Below, in pieces: positions 1-11,739 of a stretch of DNA of 60,825 nucleotides. The position numbers and the translations under genes are program-made. The stretch covers positions 1-60,825 of the forward strand of contig JBGQKM010000001.1 in assembly GCA_041499515.1 (NCBI GenBank). The letters run 5' to 3'. Below the pieces are notes generated by a model. That model searched no databases and was not told the DNA's origin. It was given only the letters and a program-made list of their open reading frames with translations. Source of the stretch: Planctomycetia bacterium (GTDB lineage Bacteria > Planctomycetota > Planctomycetia > Pirellulales > PALSA-1355). The first letter of the stretch is position 1. Each line of letters begins with the position of its first letter.

Positions 1-551
1 GCCGCTGGGTCTGCCTCGTCGCAATCGGTCTCCAGTGGAAGTGTGTCCTCGAGTGGACAACATCTACTCACTGTATTGCCTGGCCGCCACGGCACGAGGG
101 GCGTTCCATCAAGACGATCGGCCGCTGGAGCCGATTCTTTTCAACTGCGGATTCAGAGTCATCCTCCCCGCTGACGATTGCAACTGATGTGATGCCGTGT
201 TGGGCGCCGGTCGAATCGTATCACACCGAAGTGGGGGCGCCTCGTCGATCCGTTGGTGGCTGAAGAAGCCGCCCGCGGATGGGAGTCCGGCCATCAATAC
301 GTGGTTTTTTCGGTCCGCCTCGTCCTGGTCCGGGCCAACGTCGTGTTGCTTCTTGCCGATTTGCCCGTACCGGAACTGCGTTCGCGTTCGGAAGCAAGGC
401 TACGGTTTTCGTGTCTTTCGCCTGACAACTCCAATCACCAATGAGGTGTCATGGGCCCGCAGACGAGGCAGACTTGACCTCTGCACTCAACTCTGCACAA
501 TGACTAGTCGGCTCACCGTAAGCCGAAACTGTCACTGGTGATGTGACGTTG

Positions 552-625
<74 letters not shown>

Positions 626-760
626 TTGGCTTCATGGATGCCTGGCAAATGCACGAAACCCGCGTTCCAGGCCCAAAAGCCCTTTTGCCGGCCCTTCCAT
701 TAGGCGTCCCCATGCCCTAGTCTAGCTAGGGCATGATGAATCTTGACGGGGGTGCCGCTA

Positions 761-1792
761 ATGAAGTCTTCAACCTCGCGGACTCTTTCTCTCGCAGCGC
801 TTGGATGTGCGTTGGCTTTGACTCAGGCCGTCCAGGCTTCCCCGATCCTTTTTACCATCGACACGACCGGCACCGCGACGGGCTTGACTGCCATCGCACC
901 CACCACCGCCAACCGGGGCAATTACAACGCAGGAAGTTATTTGGCTCTGAGCGGCAGCATCAGCGCCACCTCCGGCTCAACGACGGCCAGCGGGAACTTC
1001 GCCACTCAGTCTGGAGCTGGAGCCAGCGGCAGTTTTTCGACCGGCAATCCGGGCAGCTTGCTCGCTTTCTACAGCGGCAGCCTTTTGGCTGACATCAATA
1101 CGGTTGGCAACACGATCGATTTTCCGGGTGGCAGTTCGGTCGGCGCGGGAATATACGATGCCAAGTATCCGGAAGTGGCCAACGCTGGCGTTCCCTTGTC
1201 GCCGGCCATTGGCGGCGGCGCGGCCGGAGTTCCCGGCAGCGATTTGGCCAACTATGGCATATTTGATACGCTGAAAGTATTGGGGATCATTACGGTAACC
1301 ACCGGTACCGCGGCCATGCGTGGCACGGTATTTGACGTCGTGCAGAATACTGGGATCACGAATGAATCGCTTTCCGGCGTGGTTGGCAGCCAAACGTTCG
1401 TGACCAACAATAACCTTGCCCTCGGCCTACTCGCTGGGAGCGTCGACTACAATGTGAACGCGAACTCCAGCTTCGGCGTTCCAGCCATTTTCGGCAATGC
1501 GTCGCTGGTGAGTAGCACGACCACCCCGACGACCGATGGCGTTGGCAAACTCACGACCACGTTGCTGGGCGGCGGCCTCGAGCGGTTGACGTTAACCGTT
1601 CCGATCCAGACAACGGTCGTCGACGTTATTACTGGCTCGACACCCGCGACGCTAACTTTTACTTTTTCCGGGCAAATCGCCGCCAATGCCATTGTGTCGG
1701 TGCCCGAGCCGTCAAGCCTGGCGTTGCTTGGAATGGGCTTAGCCGCCGTGCTGTCCATTGGCCGGCGCGCCCTGCGCCGCCAGGCTGTCTGA
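761..1792 (+). CDS. PEP-CTERM sorting-domain secreted protein (Gly/Ser/Thr-rich)
   Basis: N-terminal signal peptide MKSSTSRTLSLAALGCALALTQAVQA. The C-terminus VPEPSSLALLGMGLAAVLSIGRRALRR is a PEP motif plus TM helix plus basic tail. The ORF opens at TTG 743; ATG 761 is preferred. Confidence 0.8.
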   Translation: MKSSTSRTLSLAALGCALALTQAVQASPILFTIDTTGTATGLTAIAPTTANRGNYNAGSYLALSGSISATSGSTTASGNFATQSGAGASGSFSTGNPGSLLAFYSGSLLADINTVGNTIDFPGGSSVGAGIYDAKYPEVANAGVPLSPAIGGGAAGVPGSDLANYGIFDTLKVLGIITVTTGTAAMRGTVFDVVQNTGITNESLSGVVGSQTFVTNNNLALGLLAGSVDYNVNANSSFGVPAIFGNASLVSSTTTPTTDGVGKLTTTLLGGGLERLTLTVPIQTTVVDVITGSTPATLTFTFSGQIAANAIVSVPEPSSLALLGMGLAAVLSIGRRALRRQAV

Positions 1793-1827
1793 CACCGTCG
1801 CGGTTTCGGGGGCAAGTCGATCCCGCT

Positions 1828-3456
1828 TTAGAAAGTCGCCGACCAGCGGATGCCAACCACGTCGACCTCCGGGAAAGGGGCTGCCAACCACCAGCGTTCG
1901 TAGTTGATCATCAGCAGGCTTCCGTCGGGCAGCGCAAAATTCACGCCCCCGGTGAGCCGCCGCACGTGCGCGGCATCGCTGAAGACCGTTTTATGATCCT
2001 GACCATCATAGCGCGCCAGCAAGCTGATCCGCGGCTTGTCATACACGCATAGTTCGCCCTGCACATAGTAGCCCGAAGTTCGGTCGTTGCCGATCGGCTG
2101 CAGTGGCGAGAAGGATCCGATGAACGTGTCCACGTCTCGCCGGGCATACTCGGCTTGCACGCGCACGATATCTTCGTAATGGGCGACGATGTCGCACCCG
2201 ACAATTTGATAATTCAGCCCCGGGGTCATGCCCGCGACCGGAGAATTGAATTGTCCGCCCGTGATCGAGCCGCCCGCGCGAATGAATTGGTTTCCCAAGG
2301 TGACTCGGCCGCCGGCGGAGGGTTGAGAATTGTTGTCGACGTAGTCTCGGCTCTGCAAGAAGTCGATCCCGAAGCTGCCGCCTTGCAATCCGTTGACGAG
2401 GTAGGCGTCGAGCGTGAGGTCCAAATCATGATCCACCGGCAGGGACGCATGAAGATTTGCGCCTTCATCGGCATAGGGCATCGGCAAGACCGCCACGCCG
2501 GTATTCGCCACGCGCTGGCCCATGTTGAAAATCAAAGGCGGCGTCACGGTGCGAAACGCGCCGGGGCTGACTTGGGCCGAAAAGGCGCCGAACGGCACAA
2601 TGAACCGCCCGGCGTCGATCGTCGCTTTCACATCCGGATCGATGCATTGGAACCATTTGACTAGATCGAGCCGCATCGCCGCTTCCACGACCTCGACCCG
2701 GCTGACGATCTCGTTGTGGCAACTGATGCACGCCGTCACTCGAGCGCTGAGCGCGCTCTGCGGTTGCCAGGCGGCGCCCACCCACAGTTCAGGAAAGAAT
2801 CCGGGATTCTGCGGACCGTCGGTCGTGCCCCCGCGCCACAGCGGCGAAAAGACACCAAACGCCGAGAGCGTCGATTCTTCGGCTTGCTTCTCCGATCCGG
2901 CCGGCGCTTCGGCACTGGCAGCCCCGGCCCCGGCGGCGCCCGCGGGGTTGGTCTGGGCGGTCAGGTAGGCGGCAATTGCCTCCCAGTCGCTCGACGGAAT
3001 GTCCGCGCCAGACTTGGAGGCCATCCGTCGAATCGTCGTTCTCCAGCCACCCAGGCTCTTACGCTTGGATAGCGCCCGTTGGGTGTCGTGACAGGTCGTG
3101 CAATCGCGATTGAAAGCCTCTTGTCCGCCGGCTTCCGTGGCCGAGCTTTCGGCCTGCCCTTGTTCAGGCGCCGCAAGCATGCGTTCCTGCGTCGCCGGCG
3201 TGAATGTCGAGAACCCCTCGGGTTCCCTGGGCTGCAAGCGATCCGTGAAAGCTCGCAGGAGAAAATGGGGTGCGACTTCCCGCGATGCAGTTGGCTTGTC
3301 GCCGCGCGCCGCAGGCAGGGCGTCGCTCGATTCGACCGGCTCTGATTCGGAGGCGTCGGTTGTATCCGCGGAAACGTCCGCGGCGAGAGGCCGCGGCAGA
3401 GGCGCCATCGCCGCGCAAATCAGCCAGACGGCAACACACAGCATCCTTGCGCGCAT
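1828..3456 (-). CDS. Secreted protein with two CxxCH haem-binding motifs fused to a putative outer-membrane beta-barrel
   Basis: Signal peptide MRARMLCVAVWLICAAMA. Haem motifs CTTCH (in a cytochrome-c-like segment FNRDCTTCHD...WEAIAAYL) and CISCH. The C-terminal half has alternating beta-strand-like sequence ending in ...GIRWSATF (terminal Phe, OMP beta-signal-like). Confidence 0.6.
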   Translation of the reverse strand: MRARMLCVAVWLICAAMAPLPRPLAADVSADTTDASESEPVESSDALPAARGDKPTASREVAPHFLLRAFTDRLQPREPEGFSTFTPATQERMLAAPEQGQAESSATEAGGQEAFNRDCTTCHDTQRALSKRKSLGGWRTTIRRMASKSGADIPSSDWEAIAAYLTAQTNPAGAAGAGAASAEAPAGSEKQAEESTLSAFGVFSPLWRGGTTDGPQNPGFFPELWVGAAWQPQSALSARVTACISCHNEIVSRVEVVEAAMRLDLVKWFQCIDPDVKATIDAGRFIVPFGAFSAQVSPGAFRTVTPPLIFNMGQRVANTGVAVLPMPYADEGANLHASLPVDHDLDLTLDAYLVNGLQGGSFGIDFLQSRDYVDNNSQPSAGGRVTLGNQFIRAGGSITGGQFNSPVAGMTPGLNYQIVGCDIVAHYEDIVRVQAEYARRDVDTFIGSFSPLQPIGNDRTSGYYVQGELCVYDKPRISLLARYDGQDHKTVFSDAAHVRRLTGGVNFALPDGSLLMINYERWWLAAPFPEVDVVGIRWSATF

Positions 3457-3957
3457 ATTTCAAGGCCTGACGTGAAGTCGCACGAACAACGGGACGCGCG
3501 TAGAACTCGCGAGCCCAAAAAGGGCGGGTACTGTACTTGCCGAGCCTGCGGTCAGCAAGATGGGCGTTACTCATTGCTACGCCCAAACACGCGCGACAAG
3601 CCGCCGGCGGTGCTAGCACGCGAACGCCGTCAAATGCAGCGATGGCTGGCCGTTCGCGGCGCAGTTTCTGTGGGACGGAACCAGGCCGGTTGCTAGCAGG
3701 GTGTGTCGGCGCTTCGTCAGCTTAGGAAGCCGACAGAAAAGGGGCGATCGTGGCCGCCGGTGGGTTGGGAACGGCTCGAGACATAGCCCATTGTGGGCCG
3801 GTCGGTTGACAATGTCGGCTCGTGTATATACACTGAATTGAGGTGGCAATCTGCACTCGAGCGACCGCTAATTCGCGACCACAAATCGGCCCAATCTTTC
3901 TGCTCGCCCCGAGCGGAGGGAGACGGGCTTTTTTCGTTAACCCAGGGTCTTCGATTC

Positions 3958-4977
3958 ATGTGGAATTCGGCACGCCAGGCTTCATCGCAACGCAGGGGTC
4001 CCCACGGTTCTCGCGTTGTGCCAGCAGCTTACCTATATGCGACCCGGCGACCGTCGCGTTTTCAATTGCGGCGATCGCTCGTTGTTTTCTTGAGCCTGGC
4101 AGTTGTTGCGCTTGCTTTGGCGCTCTCGCCCAGCGCCGGCGCGGCCGAAACGGCAGCCGGCGTGTTGGTCTATCAACAGGTCAACGCCAGCACGTTTCGC
4201 TACGACATCCACTTGCAAGACACGGGCACGACCAACGTCGGCACTCTGTGGTATGCATGGGTGCCTGGCGAGGATTTTTTGGCGGCCAGCCCCACCAACA
4301 TCGTGTCGCCTACAGGTTGGGTCGCCGCGGTGACTCACGGAGGAAGCAGCGACGGCTTTGCCATCCAGTGGGTCAACACGAATGGTCCATTGACCGCGGG
4401 CAACACCTTGAGCGGTTTTGGCTTCGACAGCCTGAGCACGCCAGCTCAACTGTCGGGCAACTCGCAGTTCTTTCCCGCGACGCCCGTGGGCACGACGTTT
4501 ATCTACGCCGGCGCGCCGCTTGGGGACGCGGGAAGCCAGTTCCAAATCCTTCCTACCAGCACGCCGTGGCGCAATCCGTTCTTTCCCCTGGATGTCAATA
4601 ACAACGGCAATGTCAGTCCGCTGGACGCGCTCGTGGTCATCGATGCACTGTTACAACAGGGAAGCCACACGCTGGCCACGCCAACCGTCGACGACGCGCC
4701 TCCGTTCATCGATGTCACCGGAGACAACAAGCTGCAGCCGCTCGACGCGCTGAACGTGATCAACCAGTTGCTGGCCCACGGAACGACGAACGACCATCTC
4801 GGCGCCGCGCCCGCGATCAACGCCACGGCGCTCGCTATGCCCCTGAACGTTCCGGAGCCCGGCAGCCTCGCGCTGGCCGCATTGGCGTGTGCCGGCTTTG
4901 TTGCGTGGGCCGCCGGTCCTCGTCTGCGCCGTTGGGCGCGTGTAATGGCCGAGGCACGCCAAATCGTCGTGTCGTGA
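3958..4977 (+). CDS. PEP-CTERM protein with two dockerin-like (EF-hand-type) repeats
   Basis: Hydrophobic leader LVVFLSLAVVALALALSPSAGA. Two repeats, DVNNNGNVSPLDALVVIDALL and DVTGDNKLQPLDALNVINQLL. C-terminal VPEPGSLALAALACAGFVAWAAGPRLRRW. The ORF is open from 3793 and the start is uncertain. Confidence 0.75.
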   Translation: MWNSARQASSQRRGPHGSRVVPAAYLYATRRPSRFQLRRSLVVFLSLAVVALALALSPSAGAAETAAGVLVYQQVNASTFRYDIHLQDTGTTNVGTLWYAWVPGEDFLAASPTNIVSPTGWVAAVTHGGSSDGFAIQWVNTNGPLTAGNTLSGFGFDSLSTPAQLSGNSQFFPATPVGTTFIYAGAPLGDAGSQFQILPTSTPWRNPFFPLDVNNNGNVSPLDALVVIDALLQQGSHTLATPTVDDAPPFIDVTGDNKLQPLDALNVINQLLAHGTTNDHLGAAPAINATALAMPLNVPEPGSLALAALACAGFVAWAAGPRLRRWARVMAEARQIVVS

Positions 4978-5054
4978 GCACGGCCTCGGCGTCGCTTGCG
5001 GCCTGGCCGTCATGCCGGCCGAATTCCGACGCGAGATTGCGCCGTTGGCCGATT

Positions 5055-6437
5055 TCAGGCCAACAACTCGCGGATGGGCCGGCCATCGGCCAGGATCCGC
5101 AGCGGCCGCCCGCTGCGGTCGTGAAACTCCTGCTGCGTGTCGATGCCCAGAAAGTCATAGACCGTGGCCAGCACGTCGCCGGGCGAATAGGGATGGGTCG
5201 TCGGCCACATCGCGCTACGGTCGGTCGCGCCGATGACCTGCCCGACCTTCATGCCTCCGCCGGCAAACAGCACCGAAAAAGCTCCCGGCCAGTGATCGCG
5301 ACCGGCCAATGGATTGATCTTGGGAGTGCGGCCAAACTCGCCCGAGACCAGCAGCAACACCCGGCGATCCAGCCCGCGCCGGTACAGGTCGGTTACCAAG
5401 GCCGCCAGAGCACGATCGACCGGCGGCAACGAACGGTTCTTGAGCATCGAAAAATTATCGGAGTGCGTATCCCATTCTCCTCCGGACAGCACGGTCACGA
5501 AGGTCACGCCGGCTTCCACCAATCGACGGGCCAACAAGCACCCCTGCCCGGCCGACGTGCGACCATAGAGTTCGCGCGTGGCCGTCGCCTCGCGGCCCAA
5601 ATCAAACGCCTCTTGGGCGCGCGTGCTAGTCACCATCTCGACCGCCTCGCGCGAAAACTTGTCGAGTCCGGCAAATTCGCCGTAGCGATCGCTGTCGCGC
5701 CGCAATCGATCGAGTTGTCGCAACAGTCCCTGGCGATCTTCCAGGCGCACGGCATCCACGCCGCCGGGAAAGTTCAAATTCCGCACCGCGTAATTAGCTG
5801 AATTCGGATCGCTCTCGATCGTGAACGGATTGTAGGCGGCGCCCAGATAGGCCGCGGCGCCCAGCAACTGCCGACGCGGAATGCTGACGTAAGCCGGCAT
5901 GCCGGCCACGTTCGCGCCGCGCGTCTTCGCGACGATCGCCCCGCAATACGGATTCAGGTTTGTCGTCGTCGAGGGGGGCGGCCGATAACCGGTCATCATC
6001 CAGTGCGAAGCCGGCAAATGGCTGGCTTCGCCGTGCGAAACCGATCGAACGATCGTCAGGTGCTCAAGCGCGCCGGCCAGGTGCGGCAGATGCTCGCAGA
6101 TCTGCACGCCCGGCACGCTGGTCGAAATCGGACTGAACTCGCCGCGAATTTCCGCCGGCGCCGCGGGCTTGAGGTCGTAGAGATCGATCTGGCTGGGACC
6201 GCCACCCATGAAGACATGAATCACGGCGGTCTCTCGCCGCGGCCTGGCGGCGGTGGCGGCCTGGGCGCGGCAGCGGAGATAGTCGGCCAGGGTGAAGTTG
6301 CCCAACGCGAGGGATCCGACCTTCAGCAGGGTGCGGCGCGACATGCCACGCCCGGCACCGGTGTCAGAGTCTCGATCCGAGAGCATGGTCTTCTCCTCGA
6401 CGACTCGATCGACATCCCCGTCCCAAGTAGATCGCAT
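5055..6437 (-). CDS. DUF1501 domain protein (sulfatase/alkaline-phosphatase-like fold, Tat-type signal)
   Basis: Twin-arginine leader MSRRTLLKVGSLALG. Motifs VFMGGGPSQIDLYDLKP, GRDHWP and a C-terminal ...DxxGRP pattern are typical of planctomycetal DUF1501. Alternative starts at internal Met18 and Met32. Confidence 0.85.
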   Translation of the reverse strand: MRSTWDGDVDRVVEEKTMLSDRDSDTGAGRGMSRRTLLKVGSLALGNFTLADYLRCRAQAATAARPRRETAVIHVFMGGGPSQIDLYDLKPAAPAEIRGEFSPISTSVPGVQICEHLPHLAGALEHLTIVRSVSHGEASHLPASHWMMTGYRPPPSTTTNLNPYCGAIVAKTRGANVAGMPAYVSIPRRQLLGAAAYLGAAYNPFTIESDPNSANYAVRNLNFPGGVDAVRLEDRQGLLRQLDRLRRDSDRYGEFAGLDKFSREAVEMVTSTRAQEAFDLGREATATRELYGRTSAGQGCLLARRLVEAGVTFVTVLSGGEWDTHSDNFSMLKNRSLPPVDRALAALVTDLYRRGLDRRVLLLVSGEFGRTPKINPLAGRDHWPGAFSVLFAGGGMKVGQVIGATDRSAMWPTTHPYSPGDVLATVYDFLGIDTQQEFHDRSGRPLRILADGRPIRELLA

Positions 6438-6505
6438 CCCCGGCGACTCATCTCCACCCGGAATGCCCGTTATCCTACCAGCGCCGACTTTCCCTTGGGA
6501 GTAGG

Positions 6506-7891
<1,386 letters not shown>

Positions 7892-8202
7892 GATTGGAGT
7901 ACACCTACGGTTTGCGCTGACGGGGGCTTTTCGTGATTCGCGAAACGTACGCTCGGAGAAGCTCCGGCCGATTCGAGAAAAGACATTTGCAGGACTCCCA
8001 TCAGTTTATGGACTCATGGCCGGAATGACGATACCGATTGCAATCGAGACTCGTGCCTTTCGGGAAAATAGGGCCCAATATCGAGAACCGCGACACGTGT
8101 CTCGAAGCACGTCCCGAGGGCCCGCAATCGATCGCGTCGCGGCCGGTTGTTATACTGGCCCGCTTGCGATCATCCTCACTGGACACTTTGGCAGCCGAGG
8201 CC

Positions 8203-9141
8203 ATGACGACTTCCCTGGACATCCATCCCGCTTCGCCAGAAGAATTGCTTGCCGCGCACGGCAACGTATTCGATATCTGGAGCAAGGGGCTCGGCCTCGA
8301 AGACCACCTGCGCTATCGGCTGAATTCGCCGTCGCACCGCCGGGCCGCCTGGATCGTGGGCTGTCTCGACGGCCGCGTCGTCACCTCCCTGGGCTGTTAT
8401 CCGCTGCGTTTTCGGATTCAGGGCCACGAGCTGCCTGGCATCGCCCTGGGGTCGGTCTACACGCTGGGTGAGTTTCGCGGCCGTGGCTTCGCCCCTCAAT
8501 TGATCGAGTGGGTCGAAGACGATCAGCGAGGGCGCCAAGCGGCGCTGAGCGTTCTTTATTCCGATATCGATCCGGACTACTACGCCCGGCTGGGCTACAT
8601 GCTCTGTCCGGCGTGGGAAGGATGGTGTTCTCCGCTCGAAAGTCCAGCGGCGTCATCCGATGGCAGTCGGCTGGTGGCGGTTTCGCCCCAGGATCACTTG
8701 CCGGCACTGATGCAGCTCTATGACGACTACCACGGCCGCCTGCCGCTGTCGATCGCGCGGGATGCGGAGTATTGGAATATGATCTTAAAAAAATTCGCCG
8801 ACGATACGTTCCATGCTCTGGTAGATGGCGGCGATCGTTGGCAGGGCTATGTGCGGCTGGGCCGGAAGGGCGACGTTCTGCGAATTACCGACTTTGCGTT
8901 GGCCGATCCTTCCGAAGCGCTGGCGGAGTCCTTGTACGCGGCGATTCTCGAGCTGGGGCGGACGTCCGCAGCGCGGCGGATCGGCGGTTGGTTGCCGGAT
9001 AGCGCCGCAGCGCGACGGTTTTTCGAGCTGACGCCGCGGCGGACCGAAGTAACGATGATCAAGCCGCTGGCCTGGCAAGGTCCCCTCGACAACGACCTGA
9101 TCCGCTCAACGAGCCGATTCTGCGAAATCGACCACGTCTGA
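8203..9141 (+). CDS. GNAT family N-acetyltransferase (Eis-like architecture)
   Basis: The GNAT core motif YTLGEFRGRGFAPQLIEW (Q/RxxGxG/A-type acetyl-CoA loop) is followed by an extra C-terminal domain. The ORF is open from 8038; ATG 8203 (MTTSLDIHPAS) is preferred. Confidence 0.6.
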   Translation: MTTSLDIHPASPEELLAAHGNVFDIWSKGLGLEDHLRYRLNSPSHRRAAWIVGCLDGRVVTSLGCYPLRFRIQGHELPGIALGSVYTLGEFRGRGFAPQLIEWVEDDQRGRQAALSVLYSDIDPDYYARLGYMLCPAWEGWCSPLESPAASSDGSRLVAVSPQDHLPALMQLYDDYHGRLPLSIARDAEYWNMILKKFADDTFHALVDGGDRWQGYVRLGRKGDVLRITDFALADPSEALAESLYAAILELGRTSAARRIGGWLPDSAAARRFFELTPRRTEVTMIKPLAWQGPLDNDLIRSTSRFCEIDHV

Positions 9142-9200
9142 CTCGGCGCCTCATCGCCCACCGCAGACCGCCGACAACGGGCCGCCGACGATGAAAAACA

Positions 9201-11543
9201 TCACTTCTTGCCCAGCAGACGCCTGGCCTCGTCCAACAGGAACTTGGCGTCCGAAAACGGCTCGTAGCTGACGTCGCGCCAGCGTAACAGCCCCTCGGCA
9301 TCGATCAAAAACATGCCGTGCAGGGGCATGTTCTCGAAATCGTCGTACGCCCGATACGTTTTGAAGACGCCCTGGTCCGCATCGGCCGCCAACGCAAACG
9401 GAATCGCCTCTGGGGCCGACAACTTCGCCAGCGAGGCCTTGAGCGAGTCGAGCGATTCGCTGCTGATGGCCACGATCGAAATCCCCGCGGCGGCGTATTC
9501 ACTGGTCATCGGCGCGAACTTATGAAGCTGTTCGACGCAGTGCAGACAGCCCGACCCCAAATAAAAAATCACGACGACCGGCTTGCCCCGGTATTGATCG
9601 AGCGAAACGGTGTTTCCCTCGGCGCCGGGCAAGGTCCAGCTCTCCGCGGGCGTGGGTTGCCAGCGAAACGGACCGAGGCTCTCCAGATCGGGACGCTGGC
9701 CCACGTCGGGCGCCGGCTCGCGCGGACCACGCCAGTCGGCCGGCAAATTCAGTTCCGCGGCGATCGGCTTGAGACGCTCGAAGACCGGCATGTCCAGATC
9801 CGCATTCGCCGCCAATGGACGCAACCTGGCGAACTCGGCCTGCGCTTCCGGCTTCTTGCCCGAGCGGTGCAGGACCTCCACTAGCACGGCCTGGGGATGG
9901 ACCTCGCCGGGGCCCTGCTCGACCGCCTGGCGTGCAAACGATTCGGCTTGCACGGAATCGCCGCACAGCGAAAAGAGGCGAGCCAGATAGTCCTTGTGAA
10001 ATCCGGAGGCGTCCTTGATTTTCTCGAACTCGGCGCGGGCCAGGACCAGGTTGTTGACCGCCACGGCCGCATGGCCTCGCAATTCGGCCAAGGTCGTCTC
10101 GATGTTTTGCAAGCCAGTGCCGTGCGAAACGAGCGCGTCGGCCATCGACTTGGCGATGTCCGATTCCGATTTCTTCTCTTTGCGAGCCTTGCTCTCGGCC
10201 TCGTCGGCGGCCGCATAACGGGCGGTCCGTTTTTCCTTGAGCATTTCCTCCAAGGCCGCAATCTGCTTGCGCCCCTCCTCGATGTTGCCCATCCCGAACC
10301 AGGCCAGACCCAACATCCGCGACCGCTTGACTTGCTCGCCGGCGTTGTTGCCGACGGGTTCCAGATATTGGGTCGTGCTGTAGGTCACGATGTCTTTCCA
10401 GCATTCGTATTGCACCAGCACGTCAGAGAGCCGTGCGTGCCCGTAGGCGGCGCTTGAGCCAAAGCGATCGGCGGTATTGAATTTCGGATGGCGGGGCAGC
10501 TCGATCATGTTGCGGGCCAAATCGACCGCGTCGTGGACCCGTCCTACCAGCGCCAGATCGCGAATCAGCCATTCGTTGTTGTGAGCATAATTGTGAATCT
10601 GGTCCGGCAACACGCCGTCGCGCATCGTGCGCGCGTGGTCCACGCGGGCCGAAGCTTCCTGCTGCCAGGCGGCGTCGGAGTAGCGGTGCAGTTTCGAATA
10701 GGTGTGGCCCGGCATGTGCCACATGTGGGCGATGCTCGGCGAGGTTTGTCCATTGAGCGACGCCGATACCAGCGCTCGCGCCGGTTTTTCATCGTCCCAC
10801 AGATGGATGCGGTAGTGGTGGGCGGGGTGCATCGGCTGGGCTTGAAACACCTGATCCAGAATGGCGTCGACCGCCTGGTGACTGGAGATCGGGATTTGCT
10901 TCTTGCCCTCGGTCATCCAACTGCCGTTCTTCCAGATCTGCAAGGCCAGAAACGCTTTGGCCTCGATGTCGTTCGGATCGTCCTGAACCAGCGATTCCAA
11001 ATCGCGAACGTATTTGCGTCGCAAGTCGGTGCTGTCGGCTCCGGCATAAGAAGCCGAGAGCGCGTCGATCCAAGCGGCTTCGCGCGGGCTGCAGCCGGCC
11101 TTTTTTTGCACGGCTCGCTCGATCAGTTTCTTGGCCCGCCGCTCGTTGTTGGTGTTGGCCATCGCCATTCCCCAATAGGCCATCGCACAATCGGGATCCA
11201 AACTGGCAACCTGGCGAAACGACCGCTCGGCCTCGAAATACCAAAAGCCGTGCAATTGACCAACGCCCTGATCGAAAAACTGCTGGGCCAGGGGATCCTT
11301 GGTCGTGACCGGAAAATGCACGTTGCCGGTGCCGCCCATCAAATACGCTTTCTGCCGCGGCCCCTCGTCAAACGCTTCGCCGTGCATCGAGTGGCCCGGC
11401 TGCAGGGCGGCCGGCGCACTAGCCGCCGGGGGACTCGCCGCCGCGCCGGCGACCGGTTTGGCGTCCCCTTCGGCGGCCGCGAGCGTTGCGAACGTACCGA
11501 TCCACGCACCGACCAACAGGAAGCCAGGCATGAGAAAGCGCAT
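9201..11543 (-). CDS. TPR-repeat protein with C-terminal thioredoxin-fold (AhpC/TSA-like) domain
   Basis: Signal peptide MRFLMPGFLLVGAWIGTFATLAAA, then long helical TPR-like repeats. The C-terminal redoxin segment GKPVVVIFYLGSGCLHCVEQL carries a CxxC motif. Confidence 0.75.
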   Translation of the reverse strand: MRFLMPGFLLVGAWIGTFATLAAAEGDAKPVAGAAASPPAASAPAALQPGHSMHGEAFDEGPRQKAYLMGGTGNVHFPVTTKDPLAQQFFDQGVGQLHGFWYFEAERSFRQVASLDPDCAMAYWGMAMANTNNERRAKKLIERAVQKKAGCSPREAAWIDALSASYAGADSTDLRRKYVRDLESLVQDDPNDIEAKAFLALQIWKNGSWMTEGKKQIPISSHQAVDAILDQVFQAQPMHPAHHYRIHLWDDEKPARALVSASLNGQTSPSIAHMWHMPGHTYSKLHRYSDAAWQQEASARVDHARTMRDGVLPDQIHNYAHNNEWLIRDLALVGRVHDAVDLARNMIELPRHPKFNTADRFGSSAAYGHARLSDVLVQYECWKDIVTYSTTQYLEPVGNNAGEQVKRSRMLGLAWFGMGNIEEGRKQIAALEEMLKEKRTARYAAADEAESKARKEKKSESDIAKSMADALVSHGTGLQNIETTLAELRGHAAVAVNNLVLARAEFEKIKDASGFHKDYLARLFSLCGDSVQAESFARQAVEQGPGEVHPQAVLVEVLHRSGKKPEAQAEFARLRPLAANADLDMPVFERLKPIAAELNLPADWRGPREPAPDVGQRPDLESLGPFRWQPTPAESWTLPGAEGNTVSLDQYRGKPVVVIFYLGSGCLHCVEQLHKFAPMTSEYAAAGISIVAISSESLDSLKASLAKLSAPEAIPFALAADADQGVFKTYRAYDDFENMPLHGMFLIDAEGLLRWRDVSYEPFSDAKFLLDEARRLLGKK

Positions 11544-11739
11544 GGGGGCCTCGACCGGGAATGAGTTGTGAAGCATGGTTCAACCTTACCGGCCGCGCGG
11601 TGCGATTGCAACTCTCCCGCCCGGCGGACTCAACAAACCCGGACTCTCCGCGATATAATCCAGCGGGCGTGCCACGCCAAGGGGCGTCGCTTGCCGAGCG
11701 GTCGCGGCGCAGCCATCGATTCATTTTAAAGGGCCATCC

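Noticed and set aside
1-551. Possible partial gene at the left edge: the Ser-rich frame-1 translation ending near 174, and several 60-115-aa ORFs.
   Set aside because: No motif, poor coding-like periodicity, and mutually overlapping frames. I cannot support a gene here. The region may be the promoter/leader region of the tRNA-Arg or non-coding.
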